A stretch of DNA of 64,000 bases from Lytechinus pictus (lineage: Eukaryota), in NCBI RefSeq assembly GCF_037042905.1, contig NC_087245.1:34102001-34166000 (forward strand). Reading direction: 5' to 3'. Position numbers and translations under genes: made by a program. Shown piece after piece: positions 54,993 to 64,000 of this stretch; position 1 is the first letter of the stretch, and each line of letters opens with the position of its first letter. Under the pieces are notes generated by a model. That model searched no databases and was not told the origin of the DNA. It worked only from the letters and a program-made list of their open reading frames with translations.

Positions 54993-55979
54993 CAAGGCTC
55001 GACATTAACTTTTTTTGGTGGTGGCCCGTTCGGGCCACCAAAACCTTCAAATAATTTTTTTTGGTGGCCCGATATTAAAGTTTGGTGGCCCGAAAAATAT
55101 AAAGAAAAACATTAAAAATGAATAAATGGGTATAAATGGTTTAACCACTGTCAAAAAAAATGAAAGAAAATAATAAAACGGCAAATAAAAGTGTGAGAAA
55201 ATTCCTTCCCTAAATTGGCCAAAATGTTGGAAAAATTCACATTTCATATTCATGAAATGCCTTCCCAAAGTATTTACTTTCTCAAGAGTTGTTTAAGAAG
55301 TCATTTATAAACAAGAAAGAAAGTAACTGTCTGTTTATTTTTGGCTAGAAAAGACCGGAAAAGACACAGCTTCGAAAGAAACCAAGTAACAACATACATA
55401 CAAATGCACATGTGGGACTGTAAAGTACTCACCTATGTGTTTTTATGTGTATTATTTTCATTTGGAAATCGGTCTTTTTGAGTCAAAAGAGAGGTCATGA
55501 TTCCTCTTTTTAATGCTTGCAAATAATCAGGATACACCAGATATTAGCAAAAAGGTCTGTAGAAGGGCATTTCATTGGTGTAAAATGTGACTTTGACTTG
55601 GATTTTCACAGTTCTGTGGAAGATTTCTTAGCAGCAACATTTCGTATTGCAGCTCCCTGAGTCTGAATAGGCTGCTAACGCACAGCTGCTTCAAGCATGC
55701 AAAGCTCACGCCAGCCTGCCGCGCTACTTAATGCTATAGCGGTAGGCCAACTTTGTGTGTGTGTTTGTGTGTAGATCAACAAAAAGGGCGCATGACGAAC
55801 TGGCTTGCAATTTGAACTGTAGAAAGTTGATAAATGCGTGCAAAATGGGGAGTAAAATTGCGCTATTCTGAAAATTATTGGTTGCCCGATTCGGGCCACC
55901 AAAACTTAATATTTTTTCAATAATGGTTGCCCGAGGTGAATTTCTGGTGGCCCCGGGCCACCGCTAATGTCGAGCCTTG
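54993..55979. mobile_element. P-element-like non-autonomous transposon
   Basis: TIR CAAGGCTCGACATTA; 7-bp TSD CCTATAA; subterminal GGTGGCCCG repeats. Confidence 0.8.
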
Positions 55980-56641
55980 CCTATAATATATATACCGCGT
56001 AAAGCTTTACCAACAAAAAAAAATCCGGGACGGGCGCAAAACGCACACATATGAACACACACAGTGCTTCGCTTTGGGCGCAAAACGCACACATATGAAC
56101 TGTGTGTGTTCATATGTGTGCGTTTTGCGCCCGTCCCGGATTTTTTACTTAAATGAGCGGTATTAATGGCGGCTGGGCATATTAGCTAATATGGCCCAAA
56201 AATCCTTATAAAAACAAAAGTAGACGGTGAAAAGGGGTAATTTTTCATGAGGAATCTGCTTATCACATTTTTATTTGCCGCCAAGGTAATCCTTTTGCAG
56301 CAAATGTAAACAAAGAAAATTGGTCTCCAAAACTGGAGACTGTCTCTGAAATTGGATACCAAAATTCTTTACAAAAGTCTCTGATATATTATTGGAGATA
56401 ATCTCCCACATTGGAGACAGTCTCCAAATATTGGCCGTGCGCCTCTAGTCTAGGCCTACTGTATTTGGGGTGCTATTGCGACACAATGCGACCCCATTCT
56501 CATGATTCTATCCCATTTTGGAGAGTACCCTCTGCCTAATCCGGCCTGCAAAAAAGGTTCAACTAAGTTAAACCTGACTTCAGAATAGGCCTACGGGCCG
56601 TAGCGTAGTGACTAGTGTAACTGTTGCCTAGAGTCTAGACC

Positions 56642-58387
56642 CACTCACACGTATTCATTGCGAGGTTACTATTAGTAAACTAACCTCGCACCACGAACCG
56701 CGTTTGGCAGTGGATTTCTAACTAGTGGGTCGCGCGTGCTGGGATCTCACTTCGGCGCTAGTGTAGTTTCGCACCTCCCCGTTTAATGGTTTTCAAACAT
56801 GTACAATCTCACCCTAAATAATTCACAACCTAAAATACTTGCATCTGAGCCTCCAAAGTCCAGTAGAAGTTGAATATTTGCCGTTTTGACACTTTTTTAC
56901 AAAGTTTTACACCTATTTCGGAATCACTCGGTCGCTTGATCAAGCTCAGCGCTGCACATAAGCAGTCGGTACGCGTACAGTACGTACCACCTAGTGAAGT
57001 GCAAGAAGAGCGAGTTTTTCTATGGTATCTTCAAAAAGATTTTTTCCCCTCTTTCAGCTTGCACCAAGTATTACGGTAGTGGTTGTGCAGAGTGGTTGAT
57101 GTTTGTTGTGTGAAGGTATGTGTGTGGGGTGTGCGTGTGTGTGATTTTTTGAATGGAATGTAGTAAATTTGCCATGTACCTGTAGGCTGTAGTACCCTAT
57201 ATGTATTAGTATGTGTATTAGTCTATGTATTGATCTATGTTCATGTATATTAAGTCTGTGTGTGTGCTGTGTGTATGCGAGGAGCGCTCTGATTGGAGCA
57301 ACCTTGATATGCTCCTACGCCTGCTACGTGTGTGCGTTGCACAGCACGTACACAAGCTGGTGCTAAGAGATGGGATCCAGACACCACACAGAGAAGACCC
57401 CGAGACGCCATCGAGTGAGGACATCCCAGTAGCTCCCCACTCGGCGCCATGGTCTGCACCTAGCTGTTATTAGAAGTCTGATATAGTATACCTGTTAGTG
57501 TTTATCTACCTTGTGGAACCGTCTGTGCAAGTGTCAGGTGAGTATAAGTTGTTGTCACTGTTCTTGTACCGTCGAAGTAACCCATATGTGTATTAGTGAG
57601 TCGTAACCCTTGTCAGTGTTGTAATTGTAAGTTTAACCCACTCGCCATCGTATAGTCTATCTCGTGCCATCACATCACATCTGTAACCCTCATTACACTT
57701 TAGTTTTCACAACAAATGTGAAAAATGTGAAAAATGTGAATACACATAGATTTAGCGATGAAATAAGAAATAATAATGTAGAGCCTTGTTTTGAACTCTA
57801 GGTCAGAGATCAAACTTTCCTTCAGTTTACAATTGTATGCTATGTTGATTGTATGCTATGTTGATTTCATGCTAGTAGATTACATTTTTCACATTTCTTA
57901 TTTCATTCAAACGAGCACACACACACACCCCACACACACCTTCACACAACAAACATCAACCACTCTGCACAACCACTACCGTAATACTTGGTGCAAGCTG
58001 AAAGAGGGGAAAAAAATCTTTTTGAAGATACCATAGAAAAACTCGCTCTTCTTGCACTTCACTAGGTGGTACGTACTGTACGCGTACCGACTGCTTACCG
58101 GTATGTGCAGCGCTGAGCTTCAAGCGACCGAGTGATTCCGAAATAGGTGTAAAACTTTGTAAAAAAAGTGTCAAAACGGCAAATATTCAACTTCTACTGG
58201 ACTTTGGAGGCTCAGATGCAAGTATTTTAGGTTGTGAATTATTTAGGGTGAGATTGTACATGTTTGAAAACCATTAAACAGGGAGGTGCGAAACTACACT
58301 AGCGCCTCTCACTTCTTGGGTCCACAACACACGACTTCTATGGCTTGAATTTTCTGTGCGCGGCGGCATGTAATGAACCCTTGGGTG
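56642..58387 (+). mobile_element. ~190-bp 9-bp-TSD element, copy 3, split by a nested insertion
   Basis: TSD GTCTAGACC/GCCTAGACC; halves 56642-56753 and 58316-58387 match 32402-32589. Confidence 0.85.
56754..58306. mobile_element. Mutator-like non-autonomous element with ~400-bp TIRs
   Basis: Perfect 9-bp TSD TCTCACTTC; GGCGCTAGTG...CACTAGCGCC termini; near-identical inverted arms. Confidence 0.9.
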
Positions 58388-58670
58388 GCCTAGACCCTAG
58401 TGTTGGGACAAAACGGTATGCGAGCCGGCTTTGTGTACAAAGTGAATTGAGGTGGAATTTGCAATGCAATGCGTGCGACTGAGAAAAAAACAGCAGCTGA
58501 ACGAATTGAACGGTTAATCCCAATTTCACAATAATGCCTCAATTTATTTCCAGAAATCTCAATGATAAGTCAGGTATACTTACCTCCAAATATATAGGAA
58601 AGAAAAAACACATCATACACGCCTATTAACGTTTAGGCCAAGACACTCCTTGAATCTCGCGCCGCTAGCG

Positions 58671-58845
58671 TGTGTGTATTTGAGTTTTGTCAGACGTGTA
58701 TCAATCAGATATGATTATTTACGTCTGGGACCGACCTTTAACGTCACCATCCGAAAGACGTGACCAGGGCTCGAACCTCGAACCTCTGCATCAATTTGTA
58801 ACTTCCCCACAGCTTGGATTACAGGCGCACGCCACAACGCCTAGA
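58671..58845 (-). mobile_element. SINE-like element with 7SL (SRP Alu-domain)-like head
   Basis: Minus strand GGCGTTGTGGCGTGCGCCTGTAATCCAAGCT head, GGTTCGAGCCC B box, GTCTTTCGGATGGTGACGTTAAAGGTCGGTCC core, (CA)n tail, possible TSD GCTAGCG/GCTGGCG. Confidence 0.7.
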
Positions 58846-59479
58846 GCTGGCGCTCTTCTCGTTGTATGGTATCGGCAATCTATCATCTGCAAATTTCAAG
58901 GTAACTCGAAACTGAAGATTTCTTGGCTTTACTAAATTGTAATAAGGATTTAGAATCTTCAGAGCCGAGAAAACACAAACTTCCTCTACATTTCAAAATA
59001 TGGAAACTTAATTTCGATGATTAAAATTTCTTCTCTCTCTCTCTCTCTCTCTCTTAAACAATTTTGATCATATATTCGGGTGAGCTTATAGGTTTGACTC
59101 TGAGCACAATCTATCACAGATAAAGAAAGTTATCATTTAAACTTTGGAAGTTTTTGATTTGTGACTTATAGGGGAGAGCGGGGTGAGTCAGCCGGCCCTA
59201 GGGGCGAAAAGAAAATTGCTTCCAATGGGACGTACAAGTTCGCCTGTTTTTACGACGGGGCAGGTCCCCCCTAATGCCTATGACAACAATTTATAAATTA
59301 CCTCCAACATAATTATGTAGCCAAAGTTCATTAAACTTTAAAATATAGGTGAAAAATATTTCCCAAGAATTGAATTTTAAGGCAAGGTACTTATTTCTAC
59401 AAGATTATTAGTCATATCAATTCTAACATGCAAAAAGCAAAAAGTGTCACAACTTACCCCTCCTTCCTCTAATATTTGA

Positions 59480-59818
59480 TAACCCTTACGGCCAATTTTG
59501 ATAAGGTCCATATATTTTCAAAGTTATGATGTCATTTCAAAAACTTAACCTCAGGTTAAGATTTCGATATTGACTCCCCGAACATGGTCTAGGTTCATTG
59601 ACCCTAAATGACCTTTACCTTGGTTATGAGACCTGAAACTCGGGCAGGATGTATACTTGATTGACCTTATGTCCAAGTTTCATGAACTAAGTCCATATAC
59701 GATCTAAGTTATGCTGTCATTTCAAAACAACCTTCGGTTAAGATCATTTGAGATTTGATACGCCGCCGCCGTCAGAAAAGCGGCGCCTATAGTCTCACTC
59801 TACTATGCAGGTGAGACA
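59480..59818 (+). mobile_element. Helentron-associated element, 3' part
   Basis: Same repeats and 3' end (GCCGCCGCCGTC..GCGGCGCCTATAGTCTC..GCAGGTGAGAC) as the two downstream copies. Confidence 0.7.
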
Positions 59819-59824
59819 ATTATC

Positions 59825-60240
59825 AAGTGAAAAATAATAAAGTTATTGAATTCAAGTTTGTGCATTATTGTAGTGTAGCAGTTGTATGTATGCCATCATG
59901 AATATGTACAAGAATAATGGGCATCTGCACTTTATTTTTAAAAAAATGTATGAAATGATTATAAAACTTATACATCAGTAGGAAATCCTTGTTTGTTAAC
60001 ATCTTTGGAACAGAAAATTGTAATATTTAATTTTTTTATATAATAAAATACACAAGAATAATCAACTTGCTTCTTGCATATCCCTGAAGACATGCATAAA
60101 TCTGTTTCACAGAAATAAACAAAAATGTAATTGTTAGGCATAACTTTGTTATGACATTTTGATGAAATTTTCAGCGTTTTGTTTATCTGATTTTACTGTA
60201 TCAGTTCAAATCATATTAATACCGGCCTGGAGTACCCCTT
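59825..60240. mobile_element. Partial Kolobok-like element
   Basis: Right end GCCTGGAGTACCCCT-ttaa; interior resembles 12835-13406. Confidence 0.6.
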
Positions 60241-60247
60241 TAAAATG

Positions 60248-61108
60248 AACAAGTTGAGCGCCTCTGACAGTCTCACCTGCATTACGCGATTCAATATAGC
60301 AGCAGTGCTGTCTTTGAAAACTACTATAAGATAATTATTCACAAAAATACCTTTCATATAATGATACGATACAACGTTCATCGACCCTAAATGACACTTG
60401 ACCTTGATCATGTAACCTAAGACTTGTCAGTGATACTTGATTACCCCTATGTCCACAATTCATAAACTATATCCATAAACTTTGAAGGTTATGACAGCAA
60501 TTTAATAATTACCTCCACGATATAGCCAAAGTTCATTGACCTTAATTACCTTTGACCTTAATCATGTGATCTGAAACTCGCACAGGATGTTCAGTGAAAC
60601 TTGATTACTCTTATGTCTAAGTTTTATGAATCATATTTATAAACTTTCAAAGTTATGATGGTAATTCAAAAAATACCCCCAACTTGGCCAAAGTTCATTG
60701 ATCTTAATGACCTTTGACCTTGTTCATGTGACTTGAAACTCATTCAGGGTGTTTAGTAATAATTGATTACCCTTATGGCCAAGTTTCATGAACTAGGTCC
60801 ATATACTTTTTAGTTTATAATGACATTTCAAAAACTTAACCTTAGGTTAAGATTTCGATATTGACTCCCCCAACATGGTCTAAGTTCATTGACCCTAAAT
60901 GACTTTTGACCTTGTTCGTGTGACCTGAAACTCAGGCAGAATGCTTAGTAATACTTGATTAATCTTATGTCCAAGTTTCATGAACTGGCTTTATAAACTT
61001 TCTAAGATATGCTTTCATTTAAAAAACTTAACCTTCGGTTAAGATTTGATGTTGACGCCGCCGCAGCCGCCGTCGGAAAAGCGGCGCCTATAGTCTACGT
61101 GAGACAAA
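60248..61108 (+). mobile_element. Helentron-associated (DINE-1/HINE-like) element with ~150-bp internal tandem repeats
   Basis: Starts AACAAG..CAGTCTCACCTGCA; several TGACCTTTGACCTT-containing units; GCC-rich 3' end. Confidence 0.75.
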
Positions 61109-61730
61109 AATTGTAAAAATGACACGGATCTTAATATTAATACACGATGTGAGCGCGACAAACTTAAATATTTTGGCGATTTATACTTCAATTCTAAGCA
61201 CTTTTTGTAATTTTGAGCAGGATGTGTATCAAACTAAGCAATTAGTGCGAATGAAAATATTCAAAGGTCAATTCCGCCCCAGAAAAAAATGTTGATTTGA
61301 ATCAATAGAGAAAACCCAAACAACGTCAAAATGTCATAACTTTCTTATTTTACTTCCTATTTTGATGAAATTGTAAATGTTACGCTTCTTGGAGTTTTCT
61401 CCTTTTTTATTCAAAATCAATATGTTGGGGTGAACTTGTCATTTAATATGCTGACCTGAAAATGGGAGATTTGAAAGACTGTTCGGCGAGATTCATGAAG
61501 AGGATATGCATCTCATTGATCATATAATACGAGAGCTGATTTTTTTTTATATTCAGCACTTTTTTGTTATCATGAACAGGATGCGTATCTCGCTCAAACA
61601 AAATAATGACTACTCGAATCGCGATTAGAACGATCTGTCCATTGACTTGATGGGGCCCCATCTTCTTGAGCAGATTATTATGTCACTGAACAGGCAATGA
61701 GCGCGAAGCACGAGCTGACTCGTTAGGATT

Positions 61731-62385
61731 AACAAGTGGAGCGCCTCCGGCAGTCTCGCCTGCATTACGCGATTTAATATAGCAGCAGTGGTGACTTTGA
61801 AGACGACCATAAAATCATTATTAACCAAATAAAAAAAACACCATTCATATAGCAATATAACACTACGTCCACTGACCCTAAATGACATGGCCTAAGACTT
61901 GTGCAAGATGATCAGTGATACTTAATTATCCCTACGTCCACATTTCATGAACTATATCCATAAGCTTTCAATTTTTGATAGTAATTCAACAAATACCCCT
62001 AAAATGGCCAAAGCTCATTCACCCTCAATGACCTTTGACCTTGATGATGTAACCTGAAACTCGGCAGGATGTTCAGTAATACTTCATTACCCTTATGCCC
62101 AAGTTTCATGAACTAGGTCCACATAGTATTATTTTACTTTCTAAGTTATGATTTCATTTGAAAAACTTCATTGTAATTGACGCCACCGCCGCCGTCGGAA
62201 AAGCGGCGCCTTTAGTCTCGCTCTGCTACCCCTATGCCCAAGTTTCATGAACTAGGTCCACATAGTATTATTTTACTTTCTAAGTTATGATTTTATTTGA
62301 AAAACTTCATTGTAATTGACGCCGCCGCCGCCGTCGTCGGAAAAGCGGCGCCTTTAGTCTCGCTCTGCTACCCAGGCGAGAAAAA
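61731..62385 (+). mobile_element. Helentron-associated element with duplicated 3' end
   Basis: 5' GTCTCGCCTG is inverted to 3' CAGGCGAGA; 3' hairpin; ~140-bp terminal tandem duplication. Confidence 0.75.
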
Positions 62386-63174
62386 ACAAGGATTTAATCG
62401 AGTACGATTATCATTACACATTAAATCAGATTAGCTAACGCTTACATAAATTCCAAGAATTACATACTTCTAGTGAGATATTTTTCAAATGCCATTGGAT
62501 GATCTTGATGATTGAATTGTAACATCACAAGAGAAAATGAGAAATTAAATGGAAATAAAAGTAGGACATCGTCGTGTTAATGGCTGCTTTAGTTGTGCAA
62601 GTGCGTTACCAGATTTTGTGTACCAAGTTAACAACTGAATATTTTTTCCACTGGTAAATATTTCACCTAGGATTCTTTTTTTATCATATGTAAACAATTT
62701 TTTTTCCGGAAGTCTGTGGGCGCATTAAAATTTCGGCAGAGTTATCTGTATCTCGCACCCGCCTGGCTAGTGACGCCCTTGCACGTAACAGAGTCACCGC
62801 GTGAAGGTAGCAGCATGACCCCGGGTTAGTATAAATAAAAGATGATTACACGTATAACAAAAAGTGAAATAACTAAATTATGCGATGCTTAATATGATTA
62901 GTTTAAAATCCCCGTGAATAATGGATGGTGTATGATGATAGGATAAATAATAACAAAGTTCACATACCTGCACAATACATAGGCACAACTAATACAAATA
63001 TACACAAATATAGGAACATATATATATACATAGTCACTTTATTACAGGCCTACATTGAAACACAAAATAGTCATGTAAGCACAAATAGGAACTTAAACAT
63101 GTAGGCACAAAAATAGGCACAATTAGGTAAAAATGTGCACAAACGGGTTAAATTGTGCAAAAACATGGTTTGCT

Positions 63175-63480
63175 CAAAATAACACGAGCAACGAACAAAA
63201 TAAAGATCCATTTAAATGTCTAATAATGATCAAAACGACTCAAAATTCAATCAGATCAGAACAAATCAAAAACAGAAAAGATTTTTGATCGAAATAACAA
63301 GAGCATCAAACAAAATCAAGATCCATTTAAACGTATAGTAATGATCAAAACGAGAAATCAACATCAGAACAAATTAAAAACAGGAAAAACTTTCGATCGA
63401 AATAACAAGAACAACGAACAAAATAAAGATCCAAGTAAATTATGATAATGAAACGAGAAATCAAATCAGAAAAAAAAAAT
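63175..63480 (+). repeat. ~110-bp A-rich tandem repeat, about 3 units
   Basis: AAATAACAAGA..AACAAAATAAAGATCCA recurs at ~63178, 63292 and 63400. Confidence 0.8.
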
Positions 63481-64000
63481 TAAGAAAAAAACTTAAACAA
63501 AATTATAACCCAGGCCCTAGGTCATATCCAAGGGCGTAGGCTGGTTTGAGCATGGGGAGGTAGAACTGAAGTGGTATTGGGGGTGCATCTTAGGGAGGTG
63601 GAACTACAGTTTGGAAAATCAGCTGTTGAAAGCAGAAGAAGGGGTACAAATTTCGTTTGGCCTGCCAGTGTCGGAACTCCTCTACCTCAGCGGGAGGGTG
63701 CACGTGCACCCAGAGCACCCCCAGTCTACCGGATGTGATGCCCAAGCGGTCACCTTCGGTAAATTAGGCCTATAAGGGAAATAATCACTTACAATCTTGA
63801 GCAAAGTCACCGATAAAAATTTCATGGGTTACTTTAAGGGTAGTATAACATCATAACATCACAAGTCTTGAGATTCGCTTTGATTACAGAAAACAAGCGA
63901 TAAACCATAATTATGAATATGTTAAAATGCATCCATAAGGCTGAAGAGTGTGTGATTTATCAGTAGTCATAAAATCAGATAAGTAATGTTAAGGGTCATA

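Larger units (their letters stand above)
50640..56447. mobile_element. 5.8-kb non-autonomous TIR element
   Basis: 20-bp perfect TIR TAGAGGCGCACGGCCAATAT plus TTGGAGAC/TCTCC subterminal repeats at both ends; TSD ambiguous (AGT if the ends are trimmed by 1 nt). Confidence 0.65.

Noticed and set aside
57159..57697. Confident solo-LTR call
   Set aside because: TG..CA ends are present but no TSD or clear polyadenylation signal was found; kept only as a hypothesis
58671..58845. Functional 7SL (SRP) RNA gene
   Set aside because: Similarity covers only the first ~40 nt; no S domain; too short; ends in a simple-repeat tail

Overview
AT-rich, repeat-dense animal genomic DNA. The repeat inventory and G/C homopolymer tracts suggest a sea urchin or other echinoderm; this is an inference, not a database result. 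No intact protein-coding gene is evident, and most ORFs in the track are incidental. The recognisable coding remnants are an intron-containing, frameshifted CCDC40 pseudogene fragment (minus, ~36.6-39.8 kb), a disrupted Penelope-like retroelement (RT + GIY-YIG, ~41.5-42.8 kb) and an older LINE RT fragment next to it. The rest is a layered mosaic of non-autonomous DNA transposons (Kolobok-like, Harbinger-like, hAT-, Tc1-, piggyBac-, P-, Mutator- and Academ-like), Helentron-associated satellite-bearing elements and tRNA-derived SINEs. The most unusual item is a ~175-bp SINE-like element (58671-58845, minus) with a 7SL/Alu-domain head. Its central domain is the same one carried by the window's tRNA-headed SINEs. 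All superfamily calls rest only on termini and target-site duplications (TSDs) read by eye.
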